The notes beneath the pieces are model-generated. The model had not been told where the DNA came from. It worked only from the letters and a program-made list of their open reading frames with translations, and ran no database searches. Below are positions 9,298 through 18,603 of a stretch of 64,000 nucleotides of DNA, one piece after another. A program made the position numbers and the translations under genes. Position 1 is the first letter of the stretch. Every line of letters begins with the position of its first letter. The stretch lies in the NCBI GenBank assembly GCA_965656495.1, contig CBFHKU010000004.1, forward strand, positions 35,702 to 99,701, read 5' to 3'. Origin of the DNA: Coraliomargaritaceae bacterium (GTDB lineage Bacteria; Verrucomicrobiota; Verrucomicrobiia; Opitutales; Coraliomargaritaceae).

Positions 9298-10233
9298 TTA
9301 CTTGCGGCGACGTATCATCACATAACCTAATGCGAGCAAACCAGCAATTATTGAGATAGTTTGCGGCTCGGGAACAATTGCATTTGCCGTAAGCGTAAGG
9401 GAATCAATATTAAAATAATCACCACTTGTTGTTGGATCAGTAGTCCAAGGACCACCCGCTACACCACCCCAAGAACCAAGTGATGGCGATTTTGCTGCAA
9501 TGCGAATACTAGCGATGTCGGACAAACCGGTACCGCTTTGAATTTCGCTGTAACCATGATTCGTATCACCCGCGTATGCAGTCCAGCTACCGTCGGTGAG
9601 ATCACCCGTTATCTTCAGGCTGATTCCAGGATTATTACTTCCACCAAAACGACTGGGTGTTTTGGTATTATCGTCATTATCGGTGTCAAAAGCGCCACCA
9701 TTAAGACCTCCAAAAGAACCGCCTTCTGAATTATTGAACGCCTGAACACCACCGTTGTTGGTCGTTTGGTAACCCACAACCACTTCCTCGCTTTGAGCGG
9801 TGTTTCGCAATGAAAACTGAATTCCCTTGCTGGCATCTGATGTGTTGCTGGAATCCCAATTTTGTCGAATATCAAAGGTTGGGATGACGATTTCAAAGGT
9901 GTAAGTACTATAGCCCGTATTTGTGAGGCCACTTGTCAAAGTATATTCACGATGGCCACGTGTGCCCGCTCCTTGGTCAACATACAAAGTAGTGCCTGTT
10001 GATCCGCGCCAGTTTGCAGTATAACCATAATTTAATTTGCCGTTTTGTACTCGCGCTTGAACACCACTGTTCCAGCTGCCTTTAATTGTACCAGCGTCTT
10101 GTATTTGCGAGCCGTTTGACCCGCCAAGGTAAGCACCATTCGTATCATTAAATTGGTAGTCTACAATCGCAGTTTGCGCCAGCGCCGTTGTTGCAGATGC
10201 CAACAATGCAAGAGATAAAGTTCTTAATTTCAT
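9298..10233 (-). CDS. PEP-CTERM-anchored secreted lectin-like protein
   Basis: 311-aa ORF with signal peptide MKLRTLSLALLASATTALA. The C-terminus VPEPQTISIIAGLLALGYVMIRRRK is a classic PEP-CTERM sorting signal (PEP motif, TM helix, Arg cluster). Confidence 0.8.
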   Translation of the reverse strand: MKLRTLSLALLASATTALAQTAIVDYQFNDTNGAYLGGSNGSQIQDAGTIKGSWNSGVQARVQNGKLNYGYTANWRGSTGTTLYVDQGAGTRGHREYTLTSGLTNTGYSTYTFEIVIPTFDIRQNWDSSNTSDASKGIQFSLRNTAQSEEVVVGYQTTNNGGVQAFNNSEGGSFGGLNGGAFDTDNDDNTKTPSRFGGSNNPGISLKITGDLTDGSWTAYAGDTNHGYSEIQSGTGLSDIASIRIAAKSPSLGSWGGVAGGPWTTDPTTSGDYFNIDSLTLTANAIVPEPQTISIIAGLLALGYVMIRRRK

Positions 10234-10405
10234 AATAGGGTATGGGGTTGATGAATTGCTTCTATTTCTAATAAGTTACATCATAACCGTTTATTTAACA
10301 ATTGTGTTTTTTGAGTAAAAAATCATAAAATATGAAAATAAGAGTATTGCATAACCCCCTTAAGACCCTTTTATTGGCACCTAATTAGCCCAAACCTCTA
10401 TATAA

Positions 10406-11590
10406 ATGCTCAAAAGAAAACACATCATGCTCCTCTTGGAGTGGTATGACTACCGCATTCACCGCGGGGTTGCGAAAGTGGCACGCCAAAACGGCTGGCA
10501 ATTGAATTGCCCCAAGGATCTCGCCGCCAATGAAGGCATCCTTAAGGACTGGAAGGGAGACGGTTGCATTGCCCTTCTCGAAAATGATGGAACCCTCGAG
10601 CATTTTCGGAAACTTAAAATCCCGCTCGTGGACCTCGGCCTGCGCAATCACAAGCTCAAGGTACCTCGCGTTATTACTGACAATGCCGCAATCGGTCGAC
10701 TGGCCGCTGAGCATTTCAGGGATTTTGGGCACCGGGAAGTCTTCGCCATCGATCCGGGCGACAAGGCGATGTATCGGGAACGCTTGGAGGGTTTGCGCAC
10801 GCACCTTGAATCCGATGGCGGTCGAGTGCATGTTTTAAAAAGCTCGGTGGCGATCCAACACGACATCATTCATGAAATGAAGGCACTTGCGGCAGAGCGC
10901 GGCCATGCCCTTCATGAACTTTCACTCGGATTCTTTGCCTATCAGGACACGATGGCCTCCGAGATGATCTCGCTCTGCCTGCGGCATGATTTGAAGGTTC
11001 CCGAAAATGTTGCGGTTTTGGGCGTTGATAACGATGACTTGATCAACAGCGGTCTCATGATGGGGCTGAGCAGTGTGGACAGCGATCAGGAAGGCCTGGG
11101 GGCGGAAGCTGCCCACCTCCTGCAAACCATGCTCGACGACCCCAACAAATCCATTTCAACCAAAATCCACCGCCACAAACCCATTGGGGTAGTGGCGCGG
11201 CGCAGTACCGATTGCTTCGCGGTTCGCAATCCCCTCGTCGCCAGTGCCCTCCACTGGATCCAGAAAAATTATTACAAAGGCATTCAGGCGACCGACGTCG
11301 CGGAAGCGATGGGTGTCACGCAACAGGGTCTCCAAAAAGCCTTTGCCAGTTCCTACAGCCGTTCTCCGGGTCAGGAGATTCGCCATCAACGGGTGCAGGC
11401 GGTGGCACACCTCCTGAGCACTACCAACGCGAAACTGGAGGATATCGCCGCCAATTGCGGCTATTATTCCGTCAACTCCCTCATCAATAGCTTTCGTAGC
11501 ACTCACAAGACCACTCCGGGCAAATTCCGCCAACAGAAACGCTCGGAACACGGCATTGGCAACCGCAACCAAACCAAGACCGCGCGATAA
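10406..11590 (+). CDS. XylR-like transcriptional regulator (periplasmic-binding-protein-like sensor + AraC-type HTH)
   Basis: 394-aa ORF. The N-terminal sugar-binding-like domain has IMLLLEWYDYRIHRGVAKVA and VDNDDL. The C-terminal AraC HTH has ALHWIQKNYYKGIQATDVAEAMGVTQQGLQKAF...STTNAKLEDIAANCGYYSVNSLINSFR. Confidence 0.85.
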   Translation: MLKRKHIMLLLEWYDYRIHRGVAKVARQNGWQLNCPKDLAANEGILKDWKGDGCIALLENDGTLEHFRKLKIPLVDLGLRNHKLKVPRVITDNAAIGRLAAEHFRDFGHREVFAIDPGDKAMYRERLEGLRTHLESDGGRVHVLKSSVAIQHDIIHEMKALAAERGHALHELSLGFFAYQDTMASEMISLCLRHDLKVPENVAVLGVDNDDLINSGLMMGLSSVDSDQEGLGAEAAHLLQTMLDDPNKSISTKIHRHKPIGVVARRSTDCFAVRNPLVASALHWIQKNYYKGIQATDVAEAMGVTQQGLQKAFASSYSRSPGQEIRHQRVQAVAHLLSTTNAKLEDIAANCGYYSVNSLINSFRSTHKTTPGKFRQQKRSEHGIGNRNQTKTAR

Positions 11591-11624
11591 GCAAAGGTTC
11601 GTCCCTGTAATCCTACCGGTTGCC

Positions 11625-12980
11625 CTAGGCTCCCGTGGAGGGCCGGGCATCTGACTCACGCGCCTCAAGGTCGGCGAGCACCTGCGAGAATTTCTCCCCG
11701 TCCAAACGGTAGAACAACAGTGCCACCATACAGGCGAGCGAGAAACCCGCTGGTACGATGTTGAAAAGCCACACGATTGCGGTCTGCGCTGATTCGGTCA
11801 ATTCGGTGTTGGCGACATAACCGGAAAAGGAAAGCACGATCGCCGCAAAACTACCGCCGAGCGCCATGCCCGCCTTAAAGGTAAACGAGAAAAAGGCGAA
11901 GGGGATGCCCTCCGAGCGAATCCCGCTTTTCCATTGTCCGTATTCCACCGTGTCGGGGACCATCCCCCATTGGCAAATTGAGCAGAACATCATGGTGGTG
12001 GAAGCCACCATCGAAATACCCGTGAAGAGCATGAAGGAATCGCCCGCCACAAAATGCCGGGTCAGATTTGCAATTACCACCACCGCGCTTCCAAAAATAA
12101 AGATATTCCGTTTCCCGTATTTGCCGGTCAAAAGCGGAGTCAGGACGACTCCTAAAACATTCGCAGGTAACATCCATTGAAAGAAGACCGATTGCAGGTC
12201 GGCATTCCCAAGGATGTATTTAAAGTAATACAAACTCACCGAATTCGCGATGACCCAGATGCAGGTGTTCAGGAACATTGCCAGCGAGAGAATTAACAGC
12301 GACTCGTTCTTCAGGATGATGGGTATGATATCCTTGAGGTGATACTTTTCGGTGGGCGGAGCGAGGCGTTCCTTCGATTTTAAACCCGCGTAGATCAGTA
12401 GCGCGCTGGAGGCAATGGCATAACAGACTGCCAGGGCAAAGAAACCCTCGGCCTCGGTCTCGAAATTCTTTAGGAAGGGACGCGTCCCGATACTGACGAC
12501 GCTCATCGCGATAATGACCGCGAAGAACATGCGCAGGGTGGAAATCCAGGCGCGCTCCTGCTGGTCCTGCGTCATCACCGCAGAGATGGAGGAATAAGGC
12601 AGACCCACCGCGGTAAAGACCATCCCGTGCAGGATATAAGTGACATAGGCATACACCACCTTCATGGAGGGTGAGATGTCCGGAACAAAGAAGCAGGCCA
12701 ATAAAAGCAGATTCAGAGGAATCGCACCAAAGAAGACATAGGGACGAAAGCGACCCCAGCGGGTGCGGGTGTGGTCCGCGATATAACCCATAATGGGATC
12801 ATTGACCGCATCCCAAATACGGGCCGCCAAGAAAAGCCCCGCCACGTGCGCCGGAGAAATCCCGAAAACATCCGTATAAAAATAAGCGAGAAAGAACCCA
12901 ATGAGTTGGAAGTTCAGATTGATTCCGAGATCTCCAATACTATAATTGAAGAGCTCTGTCTTTTTCAGAGGGCGTAGCAT
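11625..12980 (-). CDS. glycoside-pentoside-hexuronide (GPH):cation symporter, MFS superfamily
   Basis: 451-aa ORF. YSIGDLGINLNFQLIGFFLAYFYTDVFGISPAHVAGLFLAARIWDAVNDPIMGYIADHTRTRWGRFRPY is the canonical MelB/XylP-type N-terminus. About 12 TM segments. Confidence 0.9.
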   Translation of the reverse strand: MLRPLKKTELFNYSIGDLGINLNFQLIGFFLAYFYTDVFGISPAHVAGLFLAARIWDAVNDPIMGYIADHTRTRWGRFRPYVFFGAIPLNLLLLACFFVPDISPSMKVVYAYVTYILHGMVFTAVGLPYSSISAVMTQDQQERAWISTLRMFFAVIIAMSVVSIGTRPFLKNFETEAEGFFALAVCYAIASSALLIYAGLKSKERLAPPTEKYHLKDIIPIILKNESLLILSLAMFLNTCIWVIANSVSLYYFKYILGNADLQSVFFQWMLPANVLGVVLTPLLTGKYGKRNIFIFGSAVVVIANLTRHFVAGDSFMLFTGISMVASTTMMFCSICQWGMVPDTVEYGQWKSGIRSEGIPFAFFSFTFKAGMALGGSFAAIVLSFSGYVANTELTESAQTAIVWLFNIVPAGFSLACMVALLFYRLDGEKFSQVLADLEARESDARPSTGA

Positions 12981-13010
12981 AAATGATGGGGTTGGGATTG
13001 GGGTTGGGTG

Positions 13011-15149
13011 CTAAGCGCTGCAACTCGCGACCGTCTCCTCGGCAGCTGCCGGAGCGCCGGATTTCATCGCTGCCGAATCCATCCATAGAATATTGGTCAC
13101 GATGCGCGGATAGTAAAGACTGCCGATCGGTTTGCCCGATGCAAATTGATCGGAACAGGCCTGAAACTTGGATCCATTGATCTCCCAATAGACGTGCGCC
13201 GCATCTGCCCGCGCTTCCTCTCCGTATTGAATGCCGAGGATTTCGCGAACTACATATTGATTCAGGCATATCTTACTCATCCAGGAATTGTCGGCGCTAC
13301 TGGAAAGTTTCCAGCCGCCATCCTCATACAAACAAACTCCCGGCTTCAATACGTAGCCGATGTGCTCCTTCAGCATTTGGATGTACGAGCCGAATTCGCC
13401 CTCCTCCGTAAGCAGATCCCCCAAACCCATCTTCCAGGGATAGATCAAGGCCTCCACCGCCGGAATGATGGCACTCTTGTTCTTTCCGTCCAAAACCGCC
13501 GGTATGAAACCATGCTGCGTGTCAAATGATGCTGTGAGGGTCGAAGCACAACGAACCGCCGCCGCGTGCGCTTCCTTCGCGAGGCCCCTGTCTCCCAATT
13601 CCGCAAACATCATTTCCAATGCCAGATAGGAAGCCCAGCATTTGCCACCGAGGTACACATTCCGGCGTGCCTGCCCCAGCGAATGATCCAAAGAATCGTA
13701 GGTCGTGATCTCACCCCCACCCTTAGTCCGCGAGCTTTCGAAACTCATCAAGCCGTCCCGTTGCGCCGGATCAGGGTGATCGCGGTTCAACAGACTTTGC
13801 AAACAACGTCCGAGCAAATCCTTGTGCTGCCGGAGGAAATCCGCATCCCCGGTCTGGTTGACATACAGGCCCGCGCATAAAACCCAGTTGGTTAACTGCT
13901 CGCAGGTCATATAAGAGAAACACTTGCGGTCGATCCCCACACACTCATAACAGGAATACTGCGCCGGACTAAAGTGATTCCCCACGCCCATGTCGTGCGT
14001 GAATGAAACCCCGCCCTCGAGCAAGCTCGCGGGATCTTCCGGCGCGAAGACCTGATCTTCGTATTGATAGCGATTGACGAATTGCTCCAGGACATTCCGC
14101 ACCGTCCATGGATTCAGCTTCAACTCGAAAAAGATCATATCCACCGTCAAATCGAGGGTGTTCATCATTAAGTATTCGCCCTCGTTGATCACCCACAAAG
14201 GCTTCCCCGATTCGTCGATCAACCACTCGCTGGAGCCGTAGTAACTGCGGGTGGCATGCGCAATCAGGAATTGCTGCGATTCGCTCAAACCACTTGCCAG
14301 TAATTCCGCGTCGCGGTCTGCCGCCAGTTTCAAATACTTCGCCTCGTGCTCAAAGGCATAATCAAACACCTCGTGAATATTGGAAAAGTGGCGTGTGTAC
14401 CAATAACGGGCTTTCAAATTAAAAGTAGCCTGCCCCTCGATGAAGTAGCCCAGGACGATGCGTACTGTTTTCGAAGCACCGGGCTCGACCACAAAGGAAA
14501 TACCCGCCACTGGCCCCAGTGCGAAATTCGGGGTGCGCTGCTCACGCTCAAGGGCCTGCTCTACCCCAAACTCCACAAATTCCGAAACGCCCGCTGTATC
14601 ACTCGCAAAGCCCATGCGTTCACGCGTCACTGCTCCTTTGTACGACCCGTGCTGCGAAAGCGGCGACCAGGGAGTCGATCCCTCCAACGCGAAAAACCCT
14701 TCCCAGGATTCCTCGCTCTCATTGCGAAGCTCCAGTTCCAAAAAAGTGGCGGGCAAACTCGCAAATTTGAGTTCCTCCGCCTCGGAATGAGCCGGGTCCG
14801 GAATTTCGAAAAACGGCGTGCTCACTTTAAAACGTATCCCTTTCGCTTTAAACTGATCCGTCGCCCAATCGTAGCGGCGCTCAATCAAGGATTCATCCAG
14901 AATCGTCAGCCCTTTGTCGGCGGCTTCATCCGGTTTGCTATAGCGCTCCGCCTCGTTCGAAATCCCCTTGTAAAATGGCAGCGTCACCATTTGCCCCGAA
15001 GCGGTCCGATACCCGACAAAAACCGCACTGTCGGCGGGGCTGCCCCGCTCGAGTGCCATGCCACCCTCGGCGCCATGCATTCCAACGGTAAAGGAAGCGT
15101 GCGCTCCCATTGGTGAGTGCTGTGCGTGAAAGGAACTTGAGGGTAACAT
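13011..15149 (-). CDS. glycoside hydrolase family 52-like protein (beta-xylosidase family), cytoplasmic
   Basis: 712-aa ORF. The N-terminus FHAQHSPMGAHASFTVGMHGAEGGMALE matches my recollection of the FNAHHSPVGAFASFTLG opening of Geobacillus GH52 xylosidases. No signal peptide. A 30-bp gap separates it from the downstream GPH symporter. Confidence 0.75.
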   Translation of the reverse strand: MLPSSSFHAQHSPMGAHASFTVGMHGAEGGMALERGSPADSAVFVGYRTASGQMVTLPFYKGISNEAERYSKPDEAADKGLTILDESLIERRYDWATDQFKAKGIRFKVSTPFFEIPDPAHSEAEELKFASLPATFLELELRNESEESWEGFFALEGSTPWSPLSQHGSYKGAVTRERMGFASDTAGVSEFVEFGVEQALEREQRTPNFALGPVAGISFVVEPGASKTVRIVLGYFIEGQATFNLKARYWYTRHFSNIHEVFDYAFEHEAKYLKLAADRDAELLASGLSESQQFLIAHATRSYYGSSEWLIDESGKPLWVINEGEYLMMNTLDLTVDMIFFELKLNPWTVRNVLEQFVNRYQYEDQVFAPEDPASLLEGGVSFTHDMGVGNHFSPAQYSCYECVGIDRKCFSYMTCEQLTNWVLCAGLYVNQTGDADFLRQHKDLLGRCLQSLLNRDHPDPAQRDGLMSFESSRTKGGGEITTYDSLDHSLGQARRNVYLGGKCWASYLALEMMFAELGDRGLAKEAHAAAVRCASTLTASFDTQHGFIPAVLDGKNKSAIIPAVEALIYPWKMGLGDLLTEEGEFGSYIQMLKEHIGYVLKPGVCLYEDGGWKLSSSADNSWMSKICLNQYVVREILGIQYGEEARADAAHVYWEINGSKFQACSDQFASGKPIGSLYYPRIVTNILWMDSAAMKSGAPAAAEETVASCSA

Positions 15150-15200
15150 AAGCTATTAAAATAAGCTCAACAAATTATCAAAATACAGCCCTTGAGCCAA

Positions 15201-15238
15201 GCACGACAAATGAAGCCTATATTAAAACTAATGAAACC
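15201..15238 (-). promoter_or_regulatory. candidate AraC/XylR-type operator, second copy of ATGAAGCC-N13-ATGAAACC
   Basis: Identical half-sites and 21-bp spacing as at 8365-8402. Lies 57-89 bp upstream of the GH52 start codon. Confidence 0.4.
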
Positions 15239-15389
15239 ACCACATCCGCAGAAACCTTAAAAATGCACGCTTCCTGAGCACTCCCTACTCGCATAAGTTC
15301 AGGATTTTGAACTTACACAACCATATTCAGTTCATCTCCAATAACAAAAAATCATTGCTCAAAAACATTCTCTCACCTACATAAATCAT

Positions 15390-15602
15390 ATGCCATATTT
15401 CTTGACCATCATCGCTCTCATTTTCACGACCAGCCTCGCTCAGGCGCATTCCACTGGCGGGCATCACGAAGGCACTGCAGCCAACACCGTTCATTTCCTG
15501 ACCGAGTTCAGCCATTTCGGCCCGGTATTATTAATTGCTGCCCTGCTTGTTATTGCCGGATTCGCCAGTCTGCGCTTCCGGAAATCGGAACGGTCCAATT
15601 AA
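15390..15602 (+). CDS. small His-rich bitopic membrane protein (hypothetical)
   Basis: 70-aa ORF. Has an N-terminal signal/TM segment (YFLTIIALIFTTSLAQA), then HSTGGHHEG, then a C-terminal TM (GPVLLIAALLVIAGFASL) and a basic tail. No opposing gene. Coding status is unproven. Confidence 0.35.
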   Translation: MPYFLTIIALIFTTSLAQAHSTGGHHEGTAANTVHFLTEFSHFGPVLLIAALLVIAGFASLRFRKSERSN

Positions 15603-15659
15603 ACGCAATCCACGGATGGCGCGTATACTCATGGCCACCGTGATATTAGCGACACCCTC

Positions 15660-16511
15660 ATGAATCCTCTACTGATTCTGGGAGCGGCGGGGGCGGCATG
15701 CCTCTATGCCACCGGTTCACTGCAAATCAAACGCGGCCTCAACAATGGTGCCAGCCTGCGGCGCACCGTTGCCACCACCAATGTTTTCATGGCGCTTTGG
15801 TCCCTGCCGCTTTTCTTTGTCGCGCGTGGCGATTTTGAGCTCGTCTCCTGGCTCACTGCCATGCTCGCCGGGGTCGCCCTTTTTCTGGGACGCATCCTCT
15901 CCGTCAAAGCCCTTGAAGTAGGTGACCTCTCGATCGTGGGCCCCCTCCTCGGTCTCAAAACCCTCCTCGTCGCGATTTTCTCCTTCGCCACCGGTCAGGC
16001 CGAACTCAACACCTGGCTCTGGACCGCCGCCATAACCGCCACCCTCGGCGTCATTCTCATTCAACGCGGTCCCCGCAAGCTCTCCACGAATCGACGCCAG
16101 GCCGCCGCCTACGCCGCCGGGGCAAGCATCCTTTTCGCAGGCTGTGATATCCTCGTCGTTGAAGCGCGTTCCCAACTCGGTATCGGCTGGCTCTCTCCGA
16201 CCCTTTTTATTACCCTTGCGCTCCTTGTTCCCTGCCTCGGTAAACTCACCCCGCCTGCCCCGGAGGCGCGCAAACCGATGTATCTCGGTTCCGTCATCAT
16301 GGGATTCCAAACGACCTTCGTTATCTTCCTCATCGGCCTCACCGGACAGGCCGTCATGATTAATATTATCTACGCTTCCCGCGCTATCTGGACCGTTGTT
16401 ATTGACCGTTTCTATGGACGCGGCGAAGACGTTGCGGCCTTCTTCGTCTGGCGACTCCTCGGTGCCGCCCTGCTGGTCTTCTCGATTATACTGGTTATTT
16501 TTCTCCGCTAG
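15660..16511 (+). CDS. EamA/DMT-superfamily transporter
   Basis: 283-aa ORF of about 10 TM segments with two EamA-like halves. Its 3' end overlaps the larE 3' end by 17 bp (convergent). Confidence 0.75.
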   Translation: MNPLLILGAAGAACLYATGSLQIKRGLNNGASLRRTVATTNVFMALWSLPLFFVARGDFELVSWLTAMLAGVALFLGRILSVKALEVGDLSIVGPLLGLKTLLVAIFSFATGQAELNTWLWTAAITATLGVILIQRGPRKLSTNRRQAAAYAAGASILFAGCDILVVEARSQLGIGWLSPTLFITLALLVPCLGKLTPPAPEARKPMYLGSVIMGFQTTFVIFLIGLTGQAVMINIIYASRAIWTVVIDRFYGRGEDVAAFFVWRLLGAALLVFSIILVIFLR

Positions 16512-17304
16512 ATAAAATTGCGCGGTTCAGCTTCCCTGAAACAAATCCCTCCGCATCGAATTCAACCTCGCGGAAACCCAAGCCCTGAATCGCCGCCGTC
16601 AATTTTTCCCGCTGCGTCTCTAATTGATCCAAGGCATCTGCCTCCACTTCCACCCGCGCGGTCTCGCCATAATGGCGCACGCGGTTGATGCGAAAACCCG
16701 CTTCAGTCAACAGCGCCTCCGCCGCCTCAATCTGACGCAATTTCTCAATCGTTATACGTTCACCATAGGGCACCCGTGAGGATAAACATGGACTCGCGGG
16801 CTTATCCCAGCAAACCAAATTAAAGTGTTCCGCCAGTGCCCGCACCCCCGCTTTGTCCACCCCGCAATCCACCAAAGGCGAGCGCACCTTAAATTCCTCC
16901 GCCGCCGCCAAGCCGGGCCGGTAATCCCCCGTATCATCCGTGTTGGTTCCGTTCAAAACCCACCAGTCCGGATAATCCCCCGCCAACCCAAGCATTTCAT
17001 CGTAAAGGGTGTGCTTGCAAAAATAACAACGGTTGGTCGGATTCTCGAAATAATTGGGGTTCTCCATTTCGGCAGTCGCAATCACCCGGAGCGGCAAATC
17101 CATCCCGCCCGCAAAATTTTTTGCGGCTTCCAGATCCGACAATTTTAAACTCGGAGACGCCGAGATCACCGCAAGGACGCGCTCCTTTCCCAAAAAATGC
17201 CGCGCCAAATACGCTACCAGCGAACTGTCCACCCCACCGGAAAAAGCCACCAAGGCACCGGGACATTGCCCATACCAAGCCTTGAGTGCTTCCAGCGCTT
17301 TCAT
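16495..17304 (-). CDS. larE: ATP-dependent sacrificial sulfur transferase LarE
   Basis: 269-aa ORF. PP-loop ALVAFSGGVDSSLVAYLA, CYFCK, and a conserved Cys region (PASPCLSSRVPYG) typical of LarE / the TIGR00268 family. Confidence 0.85.
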   Translation of the reverse strand: MKALEALKAWYGQCPGALVAFSGGVDSSLVAYLARHFLGKERVLAVISASPSLKLSDLEAAKNFAGGMDLPLRVIATAEMENPNYFENPTNRCYFCKHTLYDEMLGLAGDYPDWWVLNGTNTDDTGDYRPGLAAAEEFKVRSPLVDCGVDKAGVRALAEHFNLVCWDKPASPCLSSRVPYGERITIEKLRQIEAAEALLTEAGFRINRVRHYGETARVEVEADALDQLETQREKLTAAIQGLGFREVEFDAEGFVSGKLNRAILSSGEK

Positions 17305-17376
17305 GTTGTTTTGCTAAGACCCATTAACCAATCTGTCAACTTGCCCTCACCACCCTTTTAATTAAAAAGAACCCCT

Positions 17377-18600
17377 ATGCGTATTTTGCACTACCATTGC
17401 CCCGCCGGAATCAGCGGCGATATGAATCTCGCTGCAATGGTGGCGCTCGGCGTAGACCCCGCCGCCCTCGAAGCCGAACTGCGCAAACTCCCCTATACCG
17501 GTTGGTCGCTCCAATTCGAAACCACTCAACGCGGCGGCATCAGCGGCCTCAGCTGCAAGGTCATCCTCGATCACGATCACGACCACCAGCACAGTCACGA
17601 CTACGAATCCGGGCACTCCCATCACCGTACCTATCGCGAAATTCGCGAGGCCATCGAATCCAGCGCCCTCGCGGCGCCCATCCAAAAGGATGCCCTCGCC
17701 TGCTTTGGCGCCCTCGCGGAAGCGGAGGCGGCCGTGCATGGCATTGAACCGGAAGCGGTGCACTTCCATGAAGTCGGGGCCCTCGATTCCATTATCGATA
17801 TCGTAGGTGCCGCCATCGCCTGGCATTTGCTCGGCATCGACCGCATTGCCTGCTCCACCCTCGAGGTCGGGGGAGGCACCGTAAAATGCGCCCACGGCGT
17901 CATGCCGGTCCCCGCGCCCGCCACCGCTCGACTCCTCGAAGGCGTCCCCTTCACATCCGGAGCCACCGACCAGGAATGCACCACCCCGACCGGTGCCACC
18001 CTCCTCATCGGCAAAGCCTGCGCCTTCGGAACCCGCCTGCAAGGCACCCAAGTCAAAACCGCCATCGCGACCGGACACCGCGACGACCCCAATCTCCCCA
18101 ACGCCCTCTACCTCTCCCTCTTTGAAACAGCCGGGGAAAGCCCCGCCCTCGAATCCACTGAAACGATCTGGGAACTCGCCGCCAACATCGATGACATGAC
18201 CGCAGAGGCCATCGCATTTCTCTGCGAGACGATCCTGGAGGCGGGCGCAGTGGATTGTTGGCAAAGCCCCGCCACCTTCAAAAAGGGCCGCCTCGGTTCC
18301 ATTGTCCACGCCCTTGTCGCCGCCGAACAAATCCAATCGGTCGAAGCCTGCTTCTTTAAACATAGCCGGACCCTTGGCGTGCGCCGCAAACCCTGGGAAC
18401 GTTCCATCCTTCAACGCGAAATCCAATCCCTCGAAACCCCCTTCGGTTCGGTCCGCGTTAAAACCGCACAAGGTCCCGATGGTTCGACCCACCGGAAAAT
18501 CGAATACGAGGACTGCGCCCGTATCGCCCGCGAGCAAAAAGAATCCCTCGAATGGGTCCACGCCCAAATCGATCCCCTCCTTGACGAACCTCAATCCTAA
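17377..18600 (+). CDS. larC: nickel-pincer cofactor nickel-insertion protein LarC
   Basis: 407-aa ORF. N-terminus MRILHYHCPAGISGDM, His-rich DHDHDHQHSHDYESGHSHH, and HFHEVGALDSIIDIVG are hallmarks of LarC (UPF0272). Confidence 0.85.
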   Translation: MRILHYHCPAGISGDMNLAAMVALGVDPAALEAELRKLPYTGWSLQFETTQRGGISGLSCKVILDHDHDHQHSHDYESGHSHHRTYREIREAIESSALAAPIQKDALACFGALAEAEAAVHGIEPEAVHFHEVGALDSIIDIVGAAIAWHLLGIDRIACSTLEVGGGTVKCAHGVMPVPAPATARLLEGVPFTSGATDQECTTPTGATLLIGKACAFGTRLQGTQVKTAIATGHRDDPNLPNALYLSLFETAGESPALESTETIWELAANIDDMTAEAIAFLCETILEAGAVDCWQSPATFKKGRLGSIVHALVAAEQIQSVEACFFKHSRTLGVRRKPWERSILQREIQSLETPFGSVRVKTAQGPDGSTHRKIEYEDCARIAREQKESLEWVHAQIDPLLDEPQS

Positions 18601-18603
18601 GCC

